Assembly (NCBI GenBank): GCA_028820695.1
Contig: JAPPIB010000055.1
Span: 128,015-192,014, forward strand
Source: Acidiferrobacterales bacterium
GTDB lineage: Bacteria; Pseudomonadota; Gammaproteobacteria; Arenicellales; JAJDZL01
Direction: 5' to 3'
DNA length: 64,000 nucleotides
This document shows, piece by piece, positions 46,441 through 58,931 of this stretch. Within the stretch, counting starts at the first letter, position 1; each line of letters starts with the position of its first letter. Below the pieces are notes generated by a model, which worked only from the letters and a program-made list of their open reading frames with translations, had not been told where the DNA came from and searched no databases. The translations under genes and the position numbers were made by a program.

Positions 46441-47264
46441 CCCAGGTCCGGTGGGCTGACGGTGCCACAGGTTTCATTTCCGCTGGCGGCCATCGTCTCG
46501 AATTCGCCTGCTTCGGCCCGCCACCGCACGACGCTCCGACAATTGTCATGTTGCATGAGGGCCTCGGATGTGTGGGCCTGTGGCGGGATTTCCCGGAATT
46601 GGTTTCGCAATCGATCGGATTCGGTGTTTTCACCTACTCCCGTGCCGGCTATGGTCAGTCTGATGCGGTTGAGTTGCCGCGACCGTTGGACTACATGACG
46701 ATTGAAGCACAGGACGTTCTTCCGGACGTTCTCGACTCGATAGGACTGAGATGCGGAATACTGCTTGGGCATTCGGATGGCGCAACAATTTCCGCGATCT
46801 ATGCAGGAACAGTTTCCGATCCTCGAATTCGAGGGCTTGTTCTGATCGCGCCACATTTTTTTGCTGAAGAGGTCGGACTATCGCAGATCCAACGGGCTGC
46901 CGAAATTTTCAGGACGGGCGAACTGAGACTCAAGATGGCCAAGTATCACCGAAATCCCGATGTTGCATTCCGCGGTTGGAACGATGCGTGGCTGCATCCT
47001 GATTTTGTAAGATGGAATGTGAGCGACGTGATCGATCACCTGCGTATTCCGGTTCTCGCCATTCAGGGTGAAGATGATCAGTATGGGACATTGGCGCAAG
47101 TCAGAGAAATCGAAAGCCGAGTCAATGCGCCTTTCGAGAAGTTGATCCTGCCGCAGTGCCAGCACTCGCCCCACCTGAGCCGGCCCCAAGAGACGGTTGC
47201 AGCAATCGCCAGGTTCTCGATGCGGTTTGACAGGTTCGAAAGTGGAGTTGTTCAATCCACTTGA
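46437..47264 (+). CDS. alpha/beta hydrolase associated with the box cluster
   Basis: 275 aa with HEGLGC, the nucleophile motif GHSDGA and a C-terminal QHSPH. It overlaps the ligase gene by 4 nt. Confidence 0.75.
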   Translation: MTQVRWADGATGFISAGGHRLEFACFGPPPHDAPTIVMLHEGLGCVGLWRDFPELVSQSIGFGVFTYSRAGYGQSDAVELPRPLDYMTIEAQDVLPDVLDSIGLRCGILLGHSDGATISAIYAGTVSDPRIRGLVLIAPHFFAEEVGLSQIQRAAEIFRTGELRLKMAKYHRNPDVAFRGWNDAWLHPDFVRWNVSDVIDHLRIPVLAIQGEDDQYGTLAQVREIESRVNAPFEKLILPQCQHSPHLSRPQETVAAIARFSMRFDRFESGVVQST

Positions 47265-47488
47265 TTGCGTCTGTGCAGCGCTGGCCGTGAGCCGGAATGG
47301 CTGCACTGTGCTATGAGATGCGACCTGCGCAAAATCTGTCGTTCGGTTGAGACGTTATAATTCGATTCGGTGATCACCGGCTTTACCTGCGTCGACTTGA
47401 TTTCGGTTTCAGGTTGAGACGCGGGCATTTGTACTGATCTGCACCGCCGGTTTGGTTTCAGGGTGCTGACTAACATCGAGATGGAAAA

Positions 47489-49147
47489 TTGAGAGATTTC
47501 ATAAACTTTCAGACCGACCCGTCAAGATACCGCCACTGGCGCGTCGATTATGATGGTGCGATTGCCAGCATCTATATGGATGTCGACGACGAAGGTGGAC
47601 TATTTGACGGATATGAACTGAAACTGAATTCCTACGATCTTGGTGTCGACATTGAACTTGCGGATATTGTTGAGAGGATGCGTTTTGAGCATCCGCAGGT
47701 TAAGGTCGTGGTACTTCAGTCCGGCAAGGATCGGATTTTCTGCGCCGGCGCTAACATTCGCATGCTGGGCGGCGCGTCACACAGCCACAAGGTTAACTTC
47801 TGCAAGTTCACGAATGAAACACGAAATGCTCTGGAATCTGCAGAATCTGACAGCGGTCAGAAATACATTGCGGCGATCCGGGGTTCCTGTGCCGGGGGCG
47901 GTTATGAACTGGCCCTTGCGTGCAATTACATCATGCTGACAGACGATCGGAACACTTCAGTCTCTCTTCCTGAAGTGCCCCTTCTTGCCGTGTTGCCAGG
48001 AACAGGCGGTCTCACCCGTCTGACAGACAAGCGCAAAGTCCGCCGCGACTTGGCCGATGTCTTCTGTTCGACGGAGGAGGGAGTCAAGGGCAAGCGGGCG
48101 CAGGAGTGGCGACTGGTCGATGAGGTGGTCAGCAATTCCAGCTTCAATCAGGCTGTGTTGGAACGCGCGACAGGGTTTGCTGATGCGTCCGAAAAGCCGG
48201 CAGTCGCGCAGGGCATTGTGCTGACAGACCTGGATCGAACCTTTGAGCGTGATGGAAATGTGAAATACTCTGCTGTCAGTGTTGAGGTTGATCGTGCGTC
48301 GAGAAAGGCCACGATTGACATTTTCGGTCCCGACTCAGCTCCCCCGGACATCGAATCGTTTGTCAGGCACGGTGCGGAGAACTATCTGCTCCGTCTTGCC
48401 CGCGAACTGGACGATGCTGTTCTTCATCTGCGTCTGAACGAACTTGAGATCGGACTTTTGGTGTTCAGGTCGCAAGGCAGCCACGAACAGTTCATTGCTC
48501 ATGAGACCTTGTTGTTGAATAACACTGACCATTGGCTGGTCAATGAAGTGCTGAAGTTGTGGAAGCGAGTTCTGAAACGTATCGACATCACGTCGCGTTC
48601 CATGATTGCAGCAATCGAACACGGTTCGTGTTTCAGCGGAATTCTGGCGGAGATCATATTTGCTGTTGATCGCAGCTATATGATGATGGATGAATTTGAG
48701 AACGACGATAGGCCGTTTGCGCATATTTCATTGACGGATGCGAACTTCGGAATGTTTCCGATGGCCAACGGCCTTTCGCGGCTGCAGACCCGATTCTTGG
48801 GTGATGGAAACTGTCTCGAGACTGCGATTCAGCGGAAAAGTGAAAGTCTTGATGCGCAGACAGCTGAAGAACTTGGCTTGGTGACGTGGTCGCTGGATGA
48901 ACTGGACTGGGAAGATGAACTGAGAATTTTCATAGAAGAGCGTGCGTCTTTCAGTCCCGATGCCATGACGGCAATGGAGGCTAATTTGAGATTCGCTGGT
49001 CCCGAGACAATGGAAACACGGATTTTCGGACGTCTGACCGCTTGGCAGAACTGGATATTCAACCGTCCCAATGCAGTTGGAACTGAAGGTGCGTTGCAAC
49101 GCTATGGCAGCGGAGTGCGCGGCAGATTTGACATGGAACGGGTTTGA
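47489..49147 (+). CDS. boxC: benzoyl-CoA-dihydrodiol lyase BoxC (crotonase superfamily)
   Basis: 552 aa. The N-terminus ...FQTDPSRYRHWRVDYDGAIASIYMDVDDEGG and the motif IFCAGANIRMLG resemble BoxC. It is followed by boxB with a 4-nt overlap. TTG start. Confidence 0.85.
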   Translation: MRDFINFQTDPSRYRHWRVDYDGAIASIYMDVDDEGGLFDGYELKLNSYDLGVDIELADIVERMRFEHPQVKVVVLQSGKDRIFCAGANIRMLGGASHSHKVNFCKFTNETRNALESAESDSGQKYIAAIRGSCAGGGYELALACNYIMLTDDRNTSVSLPEVPLLAVLPGTGGLTRLTDKRKVRRDLADVFCSTEEGVKGKRAQEWRLVDEVVSNSSFNQAVLERATGFADASEKPAVAQGIVLTDLDRTFERDGNVKYSAVSVEVDRASRKATIDIFGPDSAPPDIESFVRHGAENYLLRLARELDDAVLHLRLNELEIGLLVFRSQGSHEQFIAHETLLLNNTDHWLVNEVLKLWKRVLKRIDITSRSMIAAIEHGSCFSGILAEIIFAVDRSYMMMDEFENDDRPFAHISLTDANFGMFPMANGLSRLQTRFLGDGNCLETAIQRKSESLDAQTAEELGLVTWSLDELDWEDELRIFIEERASFSPDAMTAMEANLRFAGPETMETRIFGRLTAWQNWIFNRPNAVGTEGALQRYGSGVRGRFDMERV

Positions 49148-50646
49148 GTCGGTTGCGGAGCAAACCAGATTCAGAAAAATTTCGAGGCAGTCAAGTGGAA
49201 GATCACACAAAGGTCGATTACGACACACGGATTCCCAATAACGTCGGGCTAAGTGCCGACCGAAAGGTTCTTCGGGCTTTGGAGAAGTGGCATCCTGGTT
49301 TTATCGATTGGTGGAATGAGCTGATTCCAGCGCGATATCAGCAGTCCATGGTCTATCTTCGTACCGCGATTTCCGCAGACTCGAAAGGGTGGGCAAAATT
49401 TGACTATGTGAAGATGCCGGACTATCGCTGGGGTGTACTTTTGGCGCCGCGTCAGCAAGGTCGCACGATTCCCTGTGGTGAGCATTGCGGCGAGCCTGCG
49501 TGGCAGGATGTGCCGGGAGAGTATCGGAACATGCTCAAGCGCCTGATCGTGATTCAGGGTGATACCGAACCGGCGTCTGTGGAACAGCAACACTTGCTTG
49601 CTCTGAGCGCCCCGTCACTCTATGACATGCGCAACCTGTTTCAGGTCAATGTCGAGGAAAGCCGTCATCTGTGGGCGATGGTGTACCTGCTTTTCAAGTA
49701 CTTTGGGCGGGACGGTCGCGAAGAAGGCGAGGACCTTCTGCGCCGTTCGTCCGGCTCTGCGGAGACGCCGAGATTGCTCGGCGCGTTCAATGAGAAGACC
49801 CCGGATTGGCTGTCGTTTTTCATGTTCACGTTCTGCACTGATCGCGACGGGAAAATGCAACTGGAGAGTCTGGCGCAATCCGGTTTCGACCCTCTGAGCC
49901 GAACCTGCCGCTTCATGCTGACAGAGGAGGCGCATCATATGTTTGTCGGCGAAAACGGCATCATGCGGACCATACAGGCAACCTTGGAGGCGATGAACCG
50001 GGCCGGTATCGACAATCCGAATGATGTCGAGGGGATTCGCAAGCTCGGTGTCATTGACTTGCCGACCATTCAGAAAAAACTGAATCTTCACTTCTCGCTC
50101 AGCCTTGACCTGTTCGGTCAGGAAATGTCAACCAATGCCGCCAACGCCTTCAATGCAGGAATCAAGGGGCGTTACATGGAGTCCAAGCTTGAGGACGACC
50201 ACAGGCTTGTGGAGGCGACGTATGCTGTCCGAACTGTAAAGAATGGTGAAATTGTCTCCGAACAGGTTCCGGCGCTGACCGCAATCAATATGCGGTTGAG
50301 AGATGACTACATTGTTGACGCATCACGGGGTGTCAAACGATGGAATAGTCTGATTCGAAGAAACGGGATACCGTTCGAGATGAAACTTCCCAGCGAGGCT
50401 TTCCATCGTCAGATCGGCGTGTTTGCAGCTGTTCATGCGGATGTGGGTGGAAACCTGATCGACCAGGGCACGTGGGACCGGAATGTCAGCGAATGGTTGC
50501 CGACGGGCGGTGATGAGGACTTTGTCCAGTCGTTGATGGAGCCCTGCTATGAGCCGGGCGAATATGCGAGTTGGATTGCTCCGCCCAGAGCGGGCATCAA
50601 CAACAGGCCCGGTGACTTCGAGTACGTCAGGTTGCATATGGCGTAA
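49144..50646 (+). CDS. boxB: benzoyl-CoA 2,3-epoxidase subunit BoxB (di-iron oxygenase)
   Basis: ...DYDTRIPNNVGLSADRKVLRALEKWHPGFIDWW... is the characteristic BoxB N-terminus. Di-iron EExH-type motifs are present (VEESRHLW, LTEEAHHMF). An alternative start is the GTG at 49195. Confidence 0.88.
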   Translation: MSRLRSKPDSEKFRGSQVEDHTKVDYDTRIPNNVGLSADRKVLRALEKWHPGFIDWWNELIPARYQQSMVYLRTAISADSKGWAKFDYVKMPDYRWGVLLAPRQQGRTIPCGEHCGEPAWQDVPGEYRNMLKRLIVIQGDTEPASVEQQHLLALSAPSLYDMRNLFQVNVEESRHLWAMVYLLFKYFGRDGREEGEDLLRRSSGSAETPRLLGAFNEKTPDWLSFFMFTFCTDRDGKMQLESLAQSGFDPLSRTCRFMLTEEAHHMFVGENGIMRTIQATLEAMNRAGIDNPNDVEGIRKLGVIDLPTIQKKLNLHFSLSLDLFGQEMSTNAANAFNAGIKGRYMESKLEDDHRLVEATYAVRTVKNGEIVSEQVPALTAINMRLRDDYIVDASRGVKRWNSLIRRNGIPFEMKLPSEAFHRQIGVFAAVHADVGGNLIDQGTWDRNVSEWLPTGGDEDFVQSLMEPCYEPGEYASWIAPPRAGINNRPGDFEYVRLHMA

Positions 50647-50828
50647 ACGTCAAGGCACTCCCAGCGAAAATAATGTTATCCGGCAAGTTCGTCAGCCTGG
50701 GGACACCGGGAGTGATTTTTCATTCAAGATGACAACCGATCTTCCGTCGACTGTCATAGGGCCATGGTCAGTTATCAGGAAGCAGACAGGGGCAGTGCCG
50801 GAGACTCATAAATTATGAGTTTTGCTGT

Positions 50829-51455
50829 TCAATCTGTGCGCGCTTTGGCAATCTCCTGAACGACAGCCTGTCCAATCAATTCGATACCGGCGAAACTCTT
50901 GATACGCGGTTCTACAGTTGTAAATGTATCAGGGCCGAATACGAGTTCCCAAAGACCACAGGCATCCGCCAATGCGATGATCATGATGTCTCTTGGAGCT
51001 GGTATGTCGTTGGTCTGGACAATGCCCGCGATTCGATGCAGGACATCTCGATCTGATCTGCCGGACTCATGGGTGATGGTATAGTTGCCAATAAATCGCA
51101 GCAGTCGATCGCGCTGGCGCAAGAGAATACCGCGTTCCACCAGGCTTTCGGTCAGTCGGTCGGCGATACGTTCGGCACCTGTCGCGAATACACGAACCCA
51201 ATAACGTGTCGGTCGTTTTTTCGGATCAGCGGCAATCTGTTCCAGCACAATGTCAAGCAACGGCTCCCTCATCGATGCATTGCTGGTCACAAACAACCCT
51301 TCCAGGTCGGTATCTATGCGATTGTTGATCGCGAGTTCCATCAGGAGTGCGCCGCTGAGTGTATTGCTGATGGTTTCGGATGGCAGCCTGTCTGTCAGTC
51401 TGCCGGTTTCCGAATCCAGCATCAGGATGAAAATTTCCTCGCTGATCGTGATCAT
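50829..51455 (-). CDS. GPP34/GOLPH3-family protein
   Basis: 208 aa. ISEEIFILMLDSETGRL...LSGALLMELAINNRI and ...LVERGILL... follow the GPP34 family pattern (by eye). Confidence 0.65.
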   Translation of the reverse strand: MITISEEIFILMLDSETGRLTDRLPSETISNTLSGALLMELAINNRIDTDLEGLFVTSNASMREPLLDIVLEQIAADPKKRPTRYWVRVFATGAERIADRLTESLVERGILLRQRDRLLRFIGNYTITHESGRSDRDVLHRIAGIVQTNDIPAPRDIMIIALADACGLWELVFGPDTFTTVEPRIKSFAGIELIGQAVVQEIAKARTD

Positions 51456-52613
51456 CTGAAATTATCCAACACGTGAACTTGTAATTGTGCCATCGGAAAT
51501 AGACGAACGGGTACGTCCGTAAGCTAACAGGTCAACTGAATAGACTGTCATGAAACAAATCGTCCAATATCACTGAACAAATACGCACCTCTGACTATTT
51601 TATGCGAAGTGCTGCAGCGGATGAACGGGTACGGATTATCAGACTTTTCCAAAACAGCAAAGCGGCACGGTGTTTCACAGCGAAGAAAGTTGTGGACCAG
51701 CAGACAATCGCATTGCCCGCGATTGTGCAATCCGTTCAAATGAGCAAGCGGTTGCCGCCAAAAGTCATGGTGAATCGGAAGAAGGATCAATTGCCCTGTC
51801 TATATCGCAGCCTTGTTCTTGTTCGAAATTCTGATATATGCCGACTCCATCGCTTCTGTGAACGAATTATGCCGATCCCAAAAATTCTGGGAATTCGCCT
51901 CCTCTTTTGATCAGAACAGCTGTCGTACTATCACTAAGGTCTGTCGCGTCCAAAGCCGGTAACGCACTGCTGCCCTGCCAGAATGACTTTAAATGCTTTC
52001 GATATACCACGGTATCAACGTTCCGAAAACGGTTCGCTGACTGACGCAGCGGTATTCATAGACACGCACTCAATCGGGCAGATGGAATGAGGTAATGGAT
52101 TGGCGACATTTTATTTCGAGTCGACCAACGCGTTCAAAACAATATCGTTGCGGGCGACGTGTTTGGCGCTCAGTGAGTTTTAGCCGTTGAAGGACATTTT
52201 TCTGCCAGATGCCGATCTGCTTGAGCATCTGTGCAGCGCGCCGAATCGATACCATCCATGAGACCACAAGATTAGATCGAGAAAGCGCAAATGTCGCCGC
52301 CGTACTGAAGCGGCTTCGGTATGGATTGCGGAAAATGTTCCATGTCTGAGCCGCTTGAACTTCGAACAGCGCTTGATTTGACTGCCGATTCAATCTCCTT
52401 TGGCGACAACATCGAATGTACCGCGACAAGGCAGAGTGTTTTTCATTCGAGATCCTGAATATGTTCTTGACAAGTGAAAACAATATCCTGTAAACAATGA
52501 CCCAAGAATTTGCGCCTCCATCGGCAGCAGGATGTCGAGACGTATTGCCATGTTGGAATGTCAACGTGTTCACAACGATGGAACATCGAGGAAACCCAGA
52601 AGGCTGATCGAGT

Positions 52614-54014
52614 ATGACACAGTTAATAGACAACCGAGGTCTTGCGATGACAGTTGCAAGTCAGACCGTCGTGGATAATTTCGAGTCCGCGCTTTCCCAG
52701 ATGCTCACCTATTCGGGTGACTCGGTCGGGACGATTGATAAAGCCATTGCCGAAGATCCAGAGTTTGTGATGGGACACTGTCTGCGCGCACATGCCGGCG
52801 GTGTAATGGTGGATGCCGCATTCTGTGATCAGGTGCGGGAATCTGTAGCGCATGCTGAGGCGCTGGCTGGCAAAGCCAATGATCGCGAGCGAAAACATAT
52901 TGCGGCAGCACGCAAATGGCTGGATGGAAATTTCAACCAGGCGGCCGAGTTGCTGGAGTCCGTGCTGGTGGACTACCCGAGAGATACTCTGGCTTTGCTG
53001 ATCGCACATCTCGGTGATTTTTACCGCGGTGATGCGCACAATCTTCGCGATCGCGTAGCCCGGGTATTGCCCCAGTACTCCGAAGATGACGCTGAGTATG
53101 GCTACGTGCTCGGAATGTACGCATTTGGATTGGAAGAATGCAATGAATACTCGATCGCCGAAGAAACCGGCAGGAAGGCGGTTGAGATGAACGCCGCTGA
53201 TGTCTGGGCGACTCACGCGGTGGCGCATGTCATGGAGATGCAAGGACGACAGGATGATGGCATTAATTGGTATGAATCCCGTGTGAGCGATTGGTCTTCC
53301 GACAGTGGGTTTGCAGTTCACAACTGGTGGCATCTTGCTCTTTTCTATCTTGACCTTTACCGAACTGACAAGGTATTGGAGATATACGACAACACAATCT
53401 TTGACGGTATTGTCGCATTGGAGATGCTGGATGCAAGTGCATTGCTCTGGCGATTGCATCTGATGGGGATCGACACCGGAAACCGCTGGCAGGTATTGAG
53501 TGACAAGTGGGCTGAGACGATAGAAAAAGCCGGATACTACTGTTTCAATGATGTGCATGCGATACTGGCTTTCGTTGGAAGCGGCAGGCTTGACTTGGCC
53601 GACAGGATGGTCAGTCAGCTCAGATGCAGTGCATCGAATACAAATGACTCGGGCGGCATGATCCGAAATGTTGGATTGCCGATTGGCGAGGCCATAGTGG
53701 CATTCGGCAAGGGTGACTATGGGGTTTGCACCGATCTGCTTTGCAAGATCCGCTATATCGCCAATCAGTTCGGCGGCAGTCACGCCCAACGGGACTTTAT
53801 CCCGCAGACGCTGATAGAATCCGCGGCTCGCGCCGGTCGGTTGAATCAAGCGCGATCGCTGCTTTCAGAGCGGGCTGCGAGAAAGCCGACAAGTCCGCAC
53901 ATCTGGCAAAAGACAGCGAGTGTATTGGAACAGTTGCAATGTGTTGATGAGGCACAACGTGCGAGACGAAGAGCGGAGTCATTGCTTGCCTCTTCGAGGA
54001 TGTCGGCAGATTGA
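52614..54014 (+). CDS. tetratricopeptide-repeat protein, TTC38-like
   Basis: 466 aa. The N-terminal ...AIAEDPEFVMGHCLRA... and helical-repeat character resemble the TTC38 family. The 408-aa antisense ORF has no protein-like features. Confidence 0.7.
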   Translation: MTQLIDNRGLAMTVASQTVVDNFESALSQMLTYSGDSVGTIDKAIAEDPEFVMGHCLRAHAGGVMVDAAFCDQVRESVAHAEALAGKANDRERKHIAAARKWLDGNFNQAAELLESVLVDYPRDTLALLIAHLGDFYRGDAHNLRDRVARVLPQYSEDDAEYGYVLGMYAFGLEECNEYSIAEETGRKAVEMNAADVWATHAVAHVMEMQGRQDDGINWYESRVSDWSSDSGFAVHNWWHLALFYLDLYRTDKVLEIYDNTIFDGIVALEMLDASALLWRLHLMGIDTGNRWQVLSDKWAETIEKAGYYCFNDVHAILAFVGSGRLDLADRMVSQLRCSASNTNDSGGMIRNVGLPIGEAIVAFGKGDYGVCTDLLCKIRYIANQFGGSHAQRDFIPQTLIESAARAGRLNQARSLLSERAARKPTSPHIWQKTASVLEQLQCVDEAQRARRRAESLLASSRMSAD

Positions 54015-54061
54015 GTGAAAACTGACTTGACCTGATCACTGACCGGTGCTTGTGTCCCAAT

Positions 54062-54091
54062 AAAAAGCCCTGCGCAGAGGCAGGGCTTTTT
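54062..54091. terminator. bidirectional rho-independent terminator between the TPR gene and groEL
   Basis: aaaaAGCCCTGCgcagagGCAGGGCTtttt: an 8-bp GC-rich stem flanked by an A-run and a T-run, so it is usable on both strands. Confidence 0.7.
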
Positions 54092-54112
54092 CCGATCGAC
54101 TGAGCGGTTGGA

Positions 54113-56070
<1,958 letters not shown>

Positions 56071-56237
56071 TTACAACCTCCAAGTTTCAGATTGAATAGT
56101 TTTAGGTTTGAATTTCCAATGCTGAATGTTCAGCAAGCAATTCAAATTAATCCGGAACACAAAACGAAAATGATTCAACCAGTGAACCGGTTGAACCAAC
56201 CATTCGGCAGTGAATTCCGACAAAAAATCGAGGTTTG

Positions 56238-56264
56238 TTAGCACTCACCTCGATTGAGTGCTAA
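56238..56264. promoter_or_regulatory. CIRCE operator (HrcA binding site), perfect consensus
   Basis: TTAGCACTC-acctcgatt-GAGTGCTAA, exactly TTAGCACTC-N9-GAGTGCTAA, lies about 170 nt upstream of groES. Confidence 0.85.
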
Positions 56265-56267
56265 CAA

Positions 56268-56295
56268 ATTATAGGGATTAAATGATCAATGTCAA
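56268..56295 (-). promoter_or_regulatory. consensus sigma70-type promoter of groESL (TTGACA-16 nt-TATAAT)
   Basis: The reverse complement reads aataTTGACAttgatcatttaatcccTATAATttgTTAGCACTC. CIRCE starts 3 nt after the -10 box. Confidence 0.6.
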
Positions 56296-56481
56296 TATTT
56301 ATCGTGAAAAAATTGCGCTGAGATCGAAGTCGGGCTCAGCCGGGATTGCGTTCAAGCGAGAAATGGATCGAATTGTGGCTGCTGCCGGTTACGGGACATT
56401 GGTCGTGCATACTCAAATCTGTTATGTGCTGCAGCTTTAAGTAAACCCATAAACCGTGCGAAATTGTGCATCCTATTATAA

Positions 56482-57108
<627 letters not shown>

Positions 57109-57241
57109 AATCAGTACTGGGCCAGTTCAGCATCAAATACAAGCCACGTTGCATACGGTGTTCCGCATCCTTTCAAACTGCTTGCTCTGTCATCCATGAA
57201 TTCATTCGATCATTTCGAATTGTGTCGTAACCGTAACAATC

Positions 57242-58321
57242 ATGCCCTCAAATACTGCTGAAACAGTCGTAGTCGGGATGTCCGGCGGTGTTGACTCGTC
57301 CGTATCCGCCGCGTTATTGCTGGAACAGGGGTACAACGTTATCGGACTGTTCATGAAAAACTGGGAGGAGGATGACGATGATGAGTGCGGCGCGACAGAG
57401 GACTTGGCGGATGCCCAGGCTGTCTGTGATGTTTTGGATATACCCCTGAAGACAGTCAACTTCTCATATGAGTATTGGGAGCGCGTGTTTACCGGATTCC
57501 TGAGAGATCTTCAACGCGGAAAAACACCGAATCCAGATATCATCTGCAATGTTGAGATCAAGTTTCGCGAATTTCCTCAATGGGCGATGAGGCTCGGTGC
57601 CGATTACGTCGCTACCGGTCACTATGCGCGAATTGTGCGCGAGAACGGCACCTTGAATCTTCTCAAGGGAGTCGACAGGGACAAAGACCAAACCTACTTT
57701 CTTTATGGATTGAAGTCGGACGCACTCCACAATGCGATGTTTCCGATCGGTTTGATGACCAAGGACCAGGTGCGATCAAAGGCGCGAAAGCTGGGTCTTG
57801 AAGTTCATGACAAAAAGGGAAGTACCGGCATCTGCTTTATCGGACGGAGAAATTTCAAGTCGTTTGTCAGCCGCTACCTGGAATCGACCGAAGGCCCGAT
57901 CATCGATTCACAAGGTACAGTGCTCGGAAAACATGACGGTGCCTTTTTATACACCATCGGTCAGCGCACCGGACTTGGGGTCGGCGGGCCGGGTGAGGCC
58001 TGGTACGTAGCAGACAAGGATATTGCAGGCAACAAGGTGGTGGCGGTACAGGGTCACGATCACCCTCTCCTATACAGTCGGCAAGCCACTATATCCAAAC
58101 CCGCATGGATCTCGATACAGCACAGTTTGCCTCATGCGGCACAGGCAAAGGTGCGCTATCGGAGCGAAGAGCAAAACTGTCTTGTCTGTCATTCACAGGA
58201 TCAGGGCTATTTTGTGGAATTTGAGCAACCCGTTCGCGCAGTCACACCCGGGCAATCCATTGTCTTCTACGACGATGAGATCTGTCTGGGCGGTGCGATA
58301 ATCGAAGCCACGCAAACCTGA
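57242..58321 (+). CDS. mnmA: tRNA 2-thiouridine(34) synthase
   Basis: PP-loop VVVGMSGGVDSSVSA, plus TPNPDIICN and KDQTYFL. Confidence 0.93.
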   Translation: MPSNTAETVVVGMSGGVDSSVSAALLLEQGYNVIGLFMKNWEEDDDDECGATEDLADAQAVCDVLDIPLKTVNFSYEYWERVFTGFLRDLQRGKTPNPDIICNVEIKFREFPQWAMRLGADYVATGHYARIVRENGTLNLLKGVDRDKDQTYFLYGLKSDALHNAMFPIGLMTKDQVRSKARKLGLEVHDKKGSTGICFIGRRNFKSFVSRYLESTEGPIIDSQGTVLGKHDGAFLYTIGQRTGLGVGGPGEAWYVADKDIAGNKVVAVQGHDHPLLYSRQATISKPAWISIQHSLPHAAQAKVRYRSEEQNCLVCHSQDQGYFVEFEQPVRAVTPGQSIVFYDDEICLGGAIIEATQT

Positions 58322-58322
58322 C

Positions 58323-58928
58323 ATGCTTACCGTCGGAATCACTGGAGGAATCGGCAGTGGAAAGTCTGCTGCCGCAGACAGGTTCGCCGAACTTGGCGTT
58401 CCTGTCATCGACGCCGATGTGATTGCACGGCAAATTGTGGAGCCTGGTCGACCCGCATGCAGCAAAGTGATCGAAACTTTCGGCGCTGAATTCGCTGCCG
58501 CCGACGGCGGACTGGATCGCGGCAAGCTGAGAAAACTGGTGTTTTCCGACTCCGGAAAGATAACCCGGCTTGAAGACATCCTGCACCCGGAGATTCACGC
58601 AGAAATCTTGCGCCGGCTGTCTGATCTGTCAGCGCCGTACGCCGTAGTTGTGATTCCGCTGCTGGCAGAAAGCAAACGCAGTTATCCGCTTGATCGGGTC
58701 TTGGTCATTGATGCACCATCGCAGCTGCAGATCAGCCGGGTGTCCGATCGCGACGGTGAGACTGCGCAGGAAGTCGAAAAAATCATCAGTCTGCAAGCGA
58801 CGCGAAAGGATCGGTTGAGAGTCGCGGATGATGTCATCTCAAACACCGGCACCAGGCAATCGCTCACAAGTGCAGTGGATGAGTTGCACAGCAAGTATCT
58901 GGCGATCGCCGAAGATATGGGATGCTGA
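58323..58928 (+). CDS. coaE: dephospho-CoA kinase
   Basis: VGITGGIGSGKS P-loop; 201 aa. Confidence 0.9.
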   Translation: MLTVGITGGIGSGKSAAADRFAELGVPVIDADVIARQIVEPGRPACSKVIETFGAEFAAADGGLDRGKLRKLVFSDSGKITRLEDILHPEIHAEILRRLSDLSAPYAVVVIPLLAESKRSYPLDRVLVIDAPSQLQISRVSDRDGETAQEVEKIISLQATRKDRLRVADDVISNTGTRQSLTSAVDELHSKYLAIAEDMGC

Positions 58929-58931
58929 CTG

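Noticed and set aside
52070-52633. A 187-aa minus-strand ORF overlapping the start of the TPR gene.
   Set aside because: Its translation is Arg/Ser/Cys-rich and low-plausibility, with no motif. It is probably a chance ORF in a decayed region.
52623-53849. A 408-aa minus-strand ORF antisense to the TPR gene.
   Set aside because: Its translation has no recognisable motifs and an odd composition. The plus-strand 466-aa frame shows TTC38-like helical-repeat sequence and ends at a good terminator.
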